Assembly: GCA_951406725.2 (NCBI GenBank)
Contig: OX597814.1
Span: 26,226,001 to 26,290,000 of the forward strand
DNA length: 64,000 nt
Reading direction: 5' to 3'
Source of the DNA: Octopus vulgaris
Lineage: Eukaryota
Of the stretch, positions 11,638 to 24,023 are shown one piece after another; the stretch's first letter is position 1; every line of letters starts with the position of its first letter. The position numbers and the translations under genes are program-made. Under the pieces are notes generated by a model. That model ran no database searches and was not told the DNA's origin. It worked only from the letters and a program-made list of their open reading frames with translations.

Positions 11638-12979
11638 CTGCCACACACAAAAACTATCTTCCCAGTTAACATTCCTTTGACATTGCTACACCTTTTATGT
11701 GACCAGAGCTTATACCAGGTACATCATATGGAGTTTCTACCCAAACCTTTTCTACAGATAGAGCAGGGCCATCTACTTGAAGGGGTTTGTGATTTGTCAG
11801 CCTTCCTACTTACTAAAACTTTGGTTTTTGCTAGGTTAACTCTAAGGCCCTTTAATTCTAGACCTTGCTTCCACACCCTAAACTTCGTCTCTAGTTATGG
11901 CAGTGACGTGGCTATTAGAACCAGGTCATCAGCATAGAGGAGCTCCCAGGGGCAGCCTGTCTTGAATTCCTCTGTTATCGCCTGGAGGACTATGATGAAT
12001 AAGAGGGGGCTGAGGACTGATCCTTAGTGAAACCCTACTTCTACCTGCAATTCTTCACTATACTCATTGCAAAACATCACATTACTGACAGCATCCCTGT
12101 ACAGGGCTTGTACAGCTCTTACCAACCACTCGTCTTTTCCCAGTTTCTGCATTGACCACCAAATAAGGGATTGGGGAACCCTGTCAAAGGCTTTCTCCAA
12201 GTCAACAAAAGCCAAGTACAGAAGTTTATCTTTGTCTTGATATTTCTCCTGCAATTGCCTTACCAGAAATATAGCATCACTGGTGCTTCTGCCTGGCACC
12301 AAACCAAACTGCATCTAAACTAGTCTAACTCTCTCCCCAATTAGTTGGGCTATGACCCTCTCTGTAACTTTCATCACCTGACCCAATAATTTGATACCCC
12401 TATAGTTATTTCTATCTAAAGCATCACCTTTATCCTTGTAGCAGTTGACTATGGTGCTGCTACACCAGTCATAGTGTATGACTCCTTCATAAACTATCTG
12501 ATTTACAATGCTGGTGACAAGGCAATAACCCACACTGCCTGATATTACAAGCATCGCAGCAGTGATTCCTGATGGGCCAGGTGATTTCCCTGTCTTCATG
12601 TCCTTAATTGCTTTATCTATCAAGGTACTGTCAATTCAGGTAGCTGGGCCTTCAATTTGCTCAACCTTTTGCAGACTCTCCTCTTCCCACTCATTCTCCA
12701 CATTCAGCAGTCTTTCACAATGGCATTTACAAGCTTCTTTCTTTGTAGAATCATTAAACACAAGGGCACCATCATGCATGCAGACACATTTCTCTCCTAT
12801 GTCATCACAATTTTCTCTCACAATCTGTCTTCTGATCCCAAATACTTCAGTTCCTTGGTCCATACATTGCTGAACATTGGCAAACTTCTTTTCTGCAACT
12901 CCCCTGGCTATATATATATAAATATATATATATACCTGTCTCCTAGCTTCCCTTTTGGCTATTTGAGACATTCTCCTGC
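11638..12979 (-). mobile_element. RTE family A reverse-transcriptase fragment
   Basis: KTGKSPGPSGI, NYRGIKLL, QFGLVPGRSTSDAIF, AFVDLEKAFDRVP, LLYADDL; stops are present. Confidence 0.92.
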
Positions 12980-15900
12980 ATTGGTGACTAATGAGCCCTG
13001 CTCTTGACAAGCATACACGACTGCAAACAGTGTGCTTTCAAGCAGCATGCTTAAGTTCTTCATGTGGAATATGAGCTCTCTCAAAAGTTTTGACCTCCTC
13101 CTTAACCTGCTCCCTCCATCTGTGGCAATGACAGGCATTGTCCACTTGGTCACTCTCCTGCATATCACAAGCCTTTAATAAGGACTTGACACAGTCCTTA
13201 ATTCACAGCCTTGGTTTCTACTAGGGTTTCTTTCCATTCACAAGTTTCCCATATAGCATCTGCTTTGGGATCCTGCTATCCTCCATTCTAATAAGGTGTC
13301 CTGTCCAATGTAACCAGGGCTTGTGCACCATCAACACAATACTCAAAATATTAGATGTCCTCAGGACCTGTGTGTCTGGAGGTTTTAAGGTCTAGCCAAC
13401 ATTCAGAATGTGTCTGATACATCTCTGACAAAAGGACCCTTACCTGACGTTTGCAAAGGCTCCATGTCTCACATGAGTAAAGGAGCAATGTCAGTACACA
13501 TGCACGGTACACAGCAATTTTTGTTTGCTTTCTGATGCCATGCTGGGACCAGACACGAGACTGAAGAGACCGGAAGGAATCAGTTGCTCTCTGCAGCCTG
13601 AAAGATATTTTATCATCCAGGGAGCAAGAACGGCAAAGTGTGCTGCCCAGGTAGACAAAATTGTCTACCACTTTCAGAAATGTTCCTTCAACCAAGATAG
13701 CTGGTTCCACATATGGATTTCCTGGTGCAGGCTGGAACATTATAACAGTCTTGTCCAGGCTAATGCTGAGTCCAAATGCCTTGCAAGAAACAGAAATATG
13801 ATTCATAAGTATTTGCATGTCATCCACTGTATGAGTGGGTAAGTCACAGTCATCTGCATAAAGGAGGTCACAAATAAGAAACTGGAAAACATTTGAACAG
13901 GCAGCAAATTGGTACAGATTAAAGAGGCAGCCAGAAGATCGATATCTGACATATATTCCAGAGAACTAACCTTAGCAAAAGCAGCAAAATATAAGGTAAA
14001 GGGTGTTGGGGCAAGGATGTCACCCTGCTTGATACCATTCTCTATGGGAATGGGTCCTGCCATGCCACCACCAACATTGATTCAAGCCTTCATCACATCA
14101 TGAAATTATTTAATTATAGCTACAAAGTAATCTGGACATCCAAGTTTGCCAAGTATTTTCCATAGCAAGACCCTATTCACAGTATCAAAGGCCTTCGTTA
14201 AATCAATGAATACCTGGATAAGATTGATATTCTGCCCATAGCACTTCTCCTGCATCTGTATTGCTGTGAAAATCATATCTATTGTCCCTCTACCAGATCA
14301 GAAGCCACATTGAGATTCAGATAGGACATCATTTACGAGACACCCATTCAGACGGGTAAGAAGAATATTTGCCAGAACCTTGCCAGCAGCTGATAGCAGA
14401 GCAATACCTCTGTAGTTACCACATGTTGTTCTGGCTCCTTTACCTTTATATAGAGGAAGAATAATTGCATCCTTCCATTCCTTATGCATTGCACCATCCC
14501 TCCAGACTGCACTAATAAGTTCATGAAGGAACTGTATGATGCAATCACCACCAAATTGCAAGACCTCAGCACAAATTCCATTCTTTCCAGGTTCCCTACC
14601 AAGATTCAATTTACATATTGATGTCAATAAATCTATTGAGGTGTGGAGTTTAAGGAGCCAATGATAGGTCTTTGTTGCGTAATATCAATCACTGTTTCAT
14701 CCACAACTTACACATGGTTTAGGAGTTCAGAGAAATGTTCAATCCAGTGACCTGTGTTTTCTGTTGATTTAGCAAACAGAGTGGAAAACTCCTTGGAAAG
14801 CAAAGGAGCTGATGTGGAGCTCTTAGGCCCATAAACATGCTTCATAAGATAGTAAAGCTTGCTGTCATTTCATCAGCAGCAGCCTGATCATCATGAGCAA
14901 GATCCTCCCACCAAGTGTTCTGCATCTTCCTGAGAGATCGTTGCAGTAGTGATTTTACACTGCTATAGTTGGCAAGTGCTAGATTTTGCTGCACAGTGGA
15001 AAGTCCTCTGTGTAGCAATACATTGTGGGCATGGTGCTTTACAACCAATAGTCACTGAACATCAGTATCATTTTCATCAAACCAGTCTCTGTGTCTGGCA
15101 GTAGCATATCCCAGTGCTTCAGCATCACATTGAAGAACCTGGTCTCAAAAATCTTCCCATGCTGCAGTATTTTCAATGCTGGACAAGCAAGTCAGAAGTT
15201 CTTTCCTTAATAAAGCATCATATATCTTGTGGACATTCAGATGCTAGGAATACTGACAGGCCCTCCTCTCTCTTTCACTCTAATCATCATCCTGAACTTT
15301 GCTCGCACCAGACTGTGGTCTGTGTAGCATTCCGATCCAAATGTCATAGATGTCATGCTTGCGGATGATGACATAATCCAGCAAGTGCCAAACATTAGAT
15401 CTTGGATGCATCCATGTTGTTGTGTGATCACCTTTGTGCATAAAATGAGTGCTTGTAATGTAAAGTTCATGTTCATCACAGAGCTCCAGCAGCATGAGAC
15501 CATTGCTATTCATTTTCCCTACTCCATAACATTCTAGAGAGTTCCATGTTTGCCAGTCTGTTCCAACCTCGGCATTGAAATCCCCCAGTAGAATGACTTT
15601 ATCAGAATTGGGGATTTTCCTAAGTATGGCTCTCAGCTGGGTATAAAAAATAATTTTATCTTCAGCACAGCTAGTCAAAGTAGGTACATAGGCACTTATT
15701 AGAGTAGCAAACCACCCAGCTTTCAGGTCATTAGATGTTCATTTATAGGAACAGGAAGCTCCTCTTACTTCTTAAGGATATCAGATCGAACTGCAAAGCC
15801 AACACCAGCCTCTCTGTGCTCCCCGCTTCTGCCTACCCTTCCACAAAAAGGAGTAATCCACCTCCTGCTTCCTCAAGCTGACCATCACCTTCTATACGAG

Positions 15901-16115
15901 TCTCTGAAAGTGCAGCTATATCTGTTATAAGGGTTCAGCTTGCAAGTAACAAGTGCAGTGCATCTTTCAGGCCTACAATCACTCTTGTTATCCAACAGAG
16001 TGTGCACATTCCAACATGAAATGTTCAAGTTCCATCTAGATTTTGTAAATAAAAGTCTCTTTGTTTTTTGAGAGCAGAGTGGACATCCACCAGTCATGCT
16101 AAACTGACTAGATAT
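12980..16115 (-). mobile_element. Near-full-length degenerate RTE (BovB-like, family B) LINE
   Basis: LNISCWNVHTLLD..RPERCTALV, LGDFNA, WMHPRSNVWHLLDYVI, NYRGIALLS, ESQCGF, GIKQGDILAP, YLGS, YSCETW, and C-terminal SRAGLISH. Confidence 0.93.
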
Positions 16116-16134
16116 AGAAAGACAGGGAATTTTT

Positions 16135-16336
16135 GTATGTATGTATGTATGTATATATGTATGTATATATATATATGTATGTATATATGTATGTATGTAT
16201 ATATGTATGTATATGTATATATATATGTATATATATATGTATATATTTATATGTATGTGTATATATATTTATATGTATGTATGTATATATTTATATATAT
16301 GTATGTGCGTATATATATATATATATACATATATGT
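16135..16336. repeat. (TA)/(TATG) compound microsatellite
   Basis: Direct reading. Confidence 0.95.
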
Positions 16337-17119
16337 AAATCACTATATGAATAACCTTTAAGCGAAAACATTAGACATTAAAGAAAAACCATCTGGAATA
16401 TATAGAAGGGAAAAACAGTAAAAGGAAAAGCCCTTACGAATATACAAAACATAAGCAACGTATCGTATTGAGCAGCGCATTGTATCACCATAACTTGAAA
16501 AGAAGTTCAAAATCTTCCACTGCCTTGGAAATACCCATCTCCTCGGAAAAACTAGATAAGTATCTCTGTGTATTTTCTGTCATTTATTGAAGGCTATTAT
16601 TAGGGGTAAGTAGAAGGTTAAATGTGCATAAGGTCTTTTCTCTATGTTTTGCTTTTGACTTACAAGATTATTGATTATTGTAGAGAAGTTTAACTTTCAT
16701 TACTCCCGATTTAAGAGAATTTCCGAAGTTACAGATAGGTATATATGTATTTGTTCCTTTATTTATTTTTCCCTATTCAAGTCGAATCCTTTACAAGAGT
16801 TTGCATAACTTCCCTTTCTTTCTCTCTCTCTCTCTCTCTTCTCCATCACACCGTCATTTCCCCTTTCTCTATTGCTTCTCTCTAAATATGTAGACACTCT
16901 CACTCCCTCTTCCCTTTCTCTCTCTCTATCTCTTTACTTCACTCCATCATCCCATAATTCTTCTCTCAAACCCTTAATCTCTCTTCTACTGTTTTCTCTT
17001 TTACTCTCTCTCTATTTCCTCTCTATATATACATACACACACGCTCTCTCTTTCTCTTTTTCTTTACTTTTCTCCATCGCACAGTTCTTCTCTCAGCTAT
17101 TCAAACTCCCTAAATATAG

Positions 17120-18403
17120 TATCATCATCATCGTCGTCGTTTAACATCCGCTTTCCATGCTAGCATGGGTTGGACGATTTTAACTGAGGGCTGGCAAACC
17201 AGATGGCTGCACCAGGCTCCCATCTTGATCTGGTAGAGTTTCTACAGCTGGATGCCCTTCCTAAAACCAACCACTCTGAGAGTGTAGTGGGTGCTTTTTT
17301 CATGCCACCGGCAGGGGGTGCCAGTCAGGCGGTACTGGCAATGACCTCGCTCGAATCTTTTTACACATGCCACCAGCATAAGTGCCAGTAAGGCGATGCT
17401 AGTAGCTTTTATGTGCCACTGGCATGGAAGATGGTTAGCCACTTTGTCAACGATCACACTCGTATGGTGCTCTTTGCACCCCGCTAACACGGATGCCAGT
17501 ATCGAATTCGATTTTGATTTCACTTGCCTCAACAGGTCTTCGCAAGTAGAGTTTAGTGTCCAAAGAAGGAAAAGGTACACATGGGTTATGGTCTCATTTG
17601 GCTTGCTGGGTCTTCTCAAGCACAGCATATTTCCAAAAGTCTTGGTCACTAGCCATTTCCTTGGTGAGGCCTAAATTTCGAAGGTCGTGCTTCATCACTT
17701 CATCCCAGGTCTTCTTGGGTCTACCTCTTCCACAGGTTCCCTCAACCGCTAGGGTGTGGCACTTTTTCACACAGCTGTCCTCATCCATACACAACACATG
17801 ACCATACCAGCTCAGTCGTCTCTCTTGCACACCACATCTGATGCCTCTTAGGTCCAACTTTTCTCCAACTTTGTCAAGTATGCACACTGACATTACACAT
17901 CCATCGGATCATACTGGCTTCATTCCTTGCGAACTTACACATGTCTTCAGCAGTCACAGCCCATGTTTCACTGCCATGTAGCATGGCTGTTCGTACACAA
18001 GCGTCATACAGTCTATCTTTTACTCTGAGCGAGAGGCCTTTTGTCACCAGCAGAGGTAAGAGCTCTCTGAACTTTGCCCAAGCTATTCTTATTCTAGCAG
18101 CTACACTTTTAGTGCACCCTCCGCTGCTACTGACTTGGTCACCTAGGTAACGGAAGCTATTAACTACTTCTAGTTTTTCTCCACGGAAAGTGGCGGAAGC
18201 AGTTCTCTGTGCATTTTCAGTGTTTATTGCTCCCGAGCATCTGCCACATATAAAAACTATCTTCCCATTTAGCCTTCCTTTGATATTACTGCGCCTCTTA
18301 TGTGTCCATAGCTTACACTGGGTACATCTTATAGAGTTTCTACCTACACCTCTGCTACAGATTGGCCAGGGCCATCTACCTGAAGGGATTTGTGGTTTGC
18401 AGG
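17120..18403 (-). mobile_element. RTE family A 3' end (ORF C-terminus, 3' UTR, (GAT)n tail)
   Basis: CSRGVGRNSIRCTQCKLWTHKRRS, FRYLG, RIRIAWAKF, HGSETW, RLSWYGHV, GRGRPKKTW. The ORF stops at 17594, followed by the UTR and (GAT)n. Confidence 0.93.
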
Positions 18404-18449
18404 TATATATATATATGTGTATGTATACATATATGTATATGTATATTGC

Positions 18450-18724
18450 CTGACTGACTGCCTGACTGGCGTCCGTGTCAGTGACATGTAAAAGCACCAA
18501 CTGATTGTGGTCGTTTGCCAGCCTCCTCTGGCCCCTGTGCTGGCGGCACGTAAAAAGCACCCACTACACTCACGGAGTGGTTGGCATTAGGACGGGCATC
18601 CAGCTGCAGAAACACTGCCAGATCAGACTGGAGCCTGGTGCAGCCTCCTGGCTTCCCAGACCCCGGTCGAACCGTCCAACCCATGCTAGCATGGAAAACA
18701 GACGTTAAACAATGATGATGATGT
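18450..18724 (+). mobile_element. RTE family A 3' UTR with (GAT)n tail
   Basis: Reverse-complement match to 17120-17330; ends gacgttaaacaatgatgatgatg. Confidence 0.85.
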
Positions 18725-18731
18725 ATGTGTT

Positions 18732-18764
<33 letters not shown>

Positions 18765-18766
<2 letters not shown>

Positions 18767-19622
18767 GAGTATGAAGACAAGGAAAGCTCCTGGCCCATCA
18801 GGAATCACTGCAGAGATGCTCAAGATATCTGGCAGTGTCAGATATATAACCCGTATAGTTAACCAGGTGATACATGAAGGAGTCATACTCAATGACTGTT
18901 GTAGCAGCATATCAGTCAACTGCTACAAAGGTAAAGGTGATGCTTTAGATAGAAATAATTACAGAGGTACCAAGTTGTTGGATCTGGTAATGAAGGTCAT
19001 GAAGAGGGTCATAGCCCAACTACTTAGGGAGAGATCAGTTTAGATGAGATGCAGTTTGGGTTCAAGCCAGGGAAAAGCACCTTTGCTCCTATATTTCTGG
19101 TAAGACAGCTGCAGGAGAAATACCTAGCCAAAGATAAACTTCTGTACCTGGCTTTTGTTGACATGGAGAAAGCATTTGACAGGGTCCCCTAATCCCTTCT
19201 CTGGTGGTCAATGAGGAAACTAGAGATAGATGAATAGTCCTCCAGGCAATAACAGAGGAATTTAAGACAGGATGTCCCTGGGAGCTCCTCTATGCTGACG
19301 ACCTTGCTCTAATTGCTGAGTCACTATCAGAACTAGAGGAGAAGTTTCAAGTGTGGAAACAAGGATTAGAATCGAAGGGCCTTAGAGTCAACCTAGCTAA
19401 AACCAAAGTCCTAATAAGTAGGAAGGTAGGCAAACCACCAATCCCTACAGGTAGTTGGCCCTGCTCAATCTGTAGAAAAGGCGTAGGTAGAAACTCTATA
19501 AGATGTATCCAGTGTAAGCTATGGACACATAAGAGGTGCAGTAATATCAAAAGAAGGCTATCTGGGAAGATAGTTTATGCTCCTGAACATCTGCCACATC
19601 CATAAACTATCTTCCCAGATAT
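18765..19622 (+). mobile_element. RTE family A RT fragment with an internal deletion and a terminal fold-back
   Basis: KAPGPSGI, NYRGTKLL, DMEKAFD, YADDL, LRVNLAKTK, WPCSICRKGVG. Confidence 0.9.
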
Positions 19623-19635
19623 ATATATACACACA

Positions 19636-19668
<33 letters not shown>

Positions 19669-19689
19669 GTATACATGTATATGTATATA

Positions 19690-20575
19690 TGTATTCCAAA
19701 CAACTTGCACATGCAAGTGCTACCAGTCAAGAATTCTGCATACCAGAGACCAGCAAGTGTATGGGGGTCATCAGGAGAGAATGCACACCATTTCAGGGCC
19801 TACCTCTCGATGGCATCAATGCACCCCGCCCCCCCCCCTCACTGGTATGAGGCCCCGCTTGCTAGATCAACCAGTTATTAAATATAGCTTAATATTTCTC
19901 TAGTCATCACTCATTGTCCCTTTTTAACCAAATCCAGTGGCTAGCCTTCTCCCCTGTAGTTTTGATATCGGTCATGGTGGTATTTATCTTATGATGAGTT
20001 AGGCCTAACAATAACAGTCATCTCACACTGCGTCCAACAAACCCTCTACATTCGACTTCGATTGGAAAATGCTCCGCCTTCCAGCTTGTGTCTTCACATT
20101 CCTCAAGGAGGTTTACAGAACAGTCAATCTTTCGAGCCCGAGCAGTGTCCATGTTATCTTCATGAGGAACCATTAACTTGACTAGATTTACAACTTTCTT
20201 TCCTTCACACCACATTAAAATGCCCAGTGTTTTCGTAACTGGGATGGGAAAGAGTCCTTAGCACCCGGTGAATCTGCAGTCACCTCCCAATAGTCGTTCC
20301 ACTTTTCATCTCTCACATCTTGAAACGGATCCGCTGACCTTAGCGTACGAAAGTAATGAAATCTCTAGTTGGTACTTTCAACGTTTTTTTCTCGGTGTTG
20401 TTGAGATGAATTTGGTTCTTTATAGCATTGAATATAACCTTAAGGACCAGGTTGTGTCTCCATGTATACCTGTTCAATGCTAATGAACAGTTGGAAAGAA
20501 TATGTTTCAGTGTTCCAACCTTTCCACATTGCATTCCTTCTTACTAGATTTGTAGATGATGGCAAAACAGCATAG
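19690..20575 (-). mobile_element. HERO-clade (RLE) non-LTR retrotransposon 3' fragment
   Basis: [29 protein letters not shown] (CCHC then RHN) and VVNLVKLMVPHEDNM..RK..ECEDTSWKAEHFPIEVECRGFVG, matching the HERO RLE pattern (ELTVPWEE..PIEVGCRGF). Confidence 0.8.
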
Positions 20576-20650
20576 GATGTATATATACATATGTATGTAT
20601 ATATATGTGAGAGCTGTGCAAGCCATGTACAGGGATGCTGTAAGTAAGGT

Positions 20651-20670
20651 TATGTATGTATATATATATG

Positions 20671-20701
<31 letters not shown>

Positions 20702-20920
20702 GTATGTGTATGTGTATATAGATATATATATATGTATGTGTATGTGTATATATATATATATATATGTATGTGTATGTGTATATAGATATATATATATGTA
20801 TGTGTATGTGTATATAGATATATATATATGTATGTATGTGTATATAGATAGATATATATATATGTATGTATGTGTATATAGATATATATATATATGTATG
20901 TATGTGTATATAGATATATA

Positions 20921-20953
<33 letters not shown>

Positions 20954-21054
20954 GTATGTGTATATATATATATGTATGTATGTGTATATATATATATATG
21001 TATGTGTATATATATATATATGTATGTGTATATATATATATATGTATGTATGTG

Positions 21055-21085
<31 letters not shown>

Positions 21086-21438
21086 GTATATATATATATG
21101 TATGTGTATATATATATATATGTATGTATGTGTATATATATATATATGTATGTATATATATATGTATGTATGTGTATATATATATATATGTATGTATGTG
21201 TATATATATATATATGTATGTATGTGTATATATATATATATGTATGTATGTGTATATATATATATGTATGTATGTGTATATATATATGTATGTATGTGTA
21301 TATATATATATATATATGTATGTATGTGTATATATATATATATATATGTATGTATGTGTATATATATATATATATATGTATGTATGTGTATATATATATA
21401 TATGTATGTATGTGTATATATATATATATATATGTATG

Positions 21439-21469
<31 letters not shown>

Positions 21470-21703
21470 GTATATATATATATATATATGTATGTATGTG
21501 TATATATATATATATATGTATGTATGTGTATATATATATATGTATGTATGTGTATATATATATATATATGTATGTATGTGTATATATATATATGTATGTA
21601 TGTGTATATATATATATATGTATGTATGTGTATACATATATATATATGTATGTATGTGTATATATATATATATATGTATGTGTATATATATATATATATG
21701 TAT

Positions 21704-21745
<42 letters not shown>

Positions 21746-21850
21746 GTATATATATATATATATATGTATGTATGTGTATATATATATATGTATGTATGTG
21801 TGTGTATATATATATATGTATGTGTATATATATATATATATGTATTATAT
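20651..21850. repeat. 1.2-kb compound microsatellite, unit about (TA)n-TGTATGTATGTG
   Basis: Direct reading; source of six long YIYI/VCVY pseudo-ORFs. Confidence 0.97.
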
Positions 21851-22410
21851 GTAGAAAATACAAGCTGGGACAAGAACGTAAAACATTGATAAGACGATAC
21901 AAAAAACACACGGACGGGACATTCGAAGCCTTCAATCTTCAGTCAAGAACCGGATCATCCTAGCAATTTCGGCTGATCAATCTTGAGATCGCTCCGATCC
22001 GGTCAGCCCCAAGGAAAAACTAAGCTACGAGCATTAGATTTCTTGGAAGAAGGATCAAATGTATACGAAACAGGGACAGAAAAATGGATGATGCCACACG
22101 AATATAAAATACAAAAAACAATAATGGTAAAAACAGGACAAAAACAGCAGGTGTCTTACGACTAATAAACAGTACAATTTAGTTTAGCTGGCGTATTTGG
22201 AAAAAAGGCCTTTATCGGCAGACGAAGACAATGATTTTCTCACGGCAGTGGTCAGAGGCCAAAAGGCTGCTTTGACCAGCAGTCACGTGAGAGAAGAGAG
22301 AGAAAAGAAAGGGCGCAAAGGAAACAAAGAGAGAGAGAAAAAGAGGGACGAAGGCAACAAAGGGGGGAGAAGAGAGAGAAAGAAGGAATTAAAGAGGGGA
22401 GAAGAAAGAA
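21851..22410 (-). mobile_element. Non-coding repeat resembling a Penelope pLTR, containing a structured HHR-like RNA
   Basis: CpG-retaining non-coding island between microsatellites. The minus strand of 21921-22010 has CTGAAGA, GAAA and an AUC site with four complementary helices. Confidence 0.4.
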
Positions 22411-22522
22411 TGTATGTATATATGTATGTATATATATATATATGTATATATGTATGTATATATGTATGTATATATATATATATATGTATATATATATGTA
22501 TATATGTATGTATGTATGTATG

Positions 22523-22556
<34 letters not shown>

Positions 22557-22606
22557 TGTATGTATGTATGTATGTGTGTATGTATATATGCATGTATATA
22601 TGTAAG

Positions 22607-23968
22607 ACTAAGGCCTTTGATACTGTAAATAGGGCCTTTCTATGGAAAATACTTGGCAAACTTGGATGTCCGGATCACTTTGTATCTATAATTAAATCAT
22701 TTCATGATGGGATGGAGGCTTGGGTCAATGTTGGTGGTGCCATGGCAGGACCCATTCCTGTAGAGAATGGTGTCAAGCAGGGTGACATCCTTGCCCCAAC
22801 TCTCTTTTCTTTGTACTTTGCTGCTGTTTTTACTCATGCTTTTGCTAAGGTTAAATCTCTGGGAATATATGTCAGATATCGATCTTCTGGCTACCTCTTT
22901 AATCTTCGCCGATTTGCTGCCAATTCAAAGGTGTCCCAGTCTATTATTCGTGACCTCCTTTATGCAGATGACTGTGAATTAGTCACTCATACAGTGGATG
23001 ACATGCAAATACTCATGAATTGCATTTCTGCTTCTTGCAGGGCATTTGGACTCAGCATTAGCCTGGACAAGACTGTTCTAATGTTCCAGCCTGCACCAGG
23101 AAATCCATATATAGAACCAGCTATCTTGGTTGAAGGAACAATTCTGAAGTTTGTCTACCTGGGCAGCACACTCAGCCGTTCTTGCTCCCTGGATGAGGAA
23201 ATATCTTTCAGGCTGCAGAGAGCAACTAATTCCTTCCGGTCTCTTCAGTCTCGTGTCTGGTCCCAACATGGCATCGCAAGGAGAACAAAAGTTGCTGTGT
23301 ACCGTGCTTGTGTACTGACATCGCTTCTCTACTCATGTGAGACATGGACTCTGTACAAACGTCAGGTAAGGGTCCTTGAACGTTTTCATCAGAGATGTCT
23401 CAGACACATTCGCAATGTTGGTTGGACCTCAGAAATTCCAGACACATAGATCCTGAGGACAGCTGATATCTTGAGTATTGAGGTGATGGTACACAAGCAC
23501 CAGTTGCGTTGGACTGGACACCTTATTAGAATGGAGGATAGAAGGATTCCTAAGCAGATGCTCTATGGAGAACTTGTGAATGGAAGGAGACTCCGGCAGA
23601 AACCAAGGCTGCGATTTAAGGACTGTGTCAAGTCCTCGTTAAAAACCTTTGATATGCAGGACACTGACTGGGAGAACAATGCCTGTCATCGCCACAGATG
23701 GAAGAAGCAGGTTAAGGAGGGGATCGACACTTTTGAGAGAGCACGTATCCAGCATGAAGAACTTAAGCAAGCTGCACGAAAGTGCACGGCTCATATAGTG
23801 AATGGGGAAAGCTTGGTCTGCAATGTTTGCAGTCGTGTATGCTTGTCAAGAGCAGGGCTCATTAGCCACCAACGGAGCTGCAAATGCAAAATATAAGTTA
23901 GTCCTAGAGCGCACAATGTTCCTGAAGGTCGGCAGTGGTCTTCCTCGGTCACGAGTTGATGGCCATCA
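22607..23968 (+). mobile_element. 5'-truncated, well-preserved RTE family B LINE
   Basis: [37 protein letters not shown], one stop at 23447-23449, then LRWTGH and zinc finger CNVCSRVCLSRAGLISHQRSC, and a short 3' UTR ending gatggccatca. Inverted paralogue of 12980-14200. Confidence 0.95.
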
Positions 23969-23978
23969 TGTATGTATG

Positions 23979-24023
<45 letters not shown>

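Noticed and set aside
16340-16640. Penelope endonuclease trace (SALYHH, IEGYY, LNVHK)
   Set aside because: Too degraded and frameshifted to call by eye.
20507-21963. Six ORFs of 331-463 aa
   Set aside because: TA/TG microsatellite lacks stop codons; YIYI/VCVY peptides appear in all frames and are not genes. The same applies at 11385-11680, 16068-16361, 29940-30483 and 59647-60059.
21921-22010. HDV-like ribozyme fit
   Set aside because: No P3/L3 lies between the candidate P2 and P1 strands, so the helix order does not fit the HDV double pseudoknot.
22442-23896. Functional or domesticated RT gene
   Set aside because: 5'-truncated inside RT, the start codon comes from the microsatellite, and there is an internal stop and a small deletion before YLGS.
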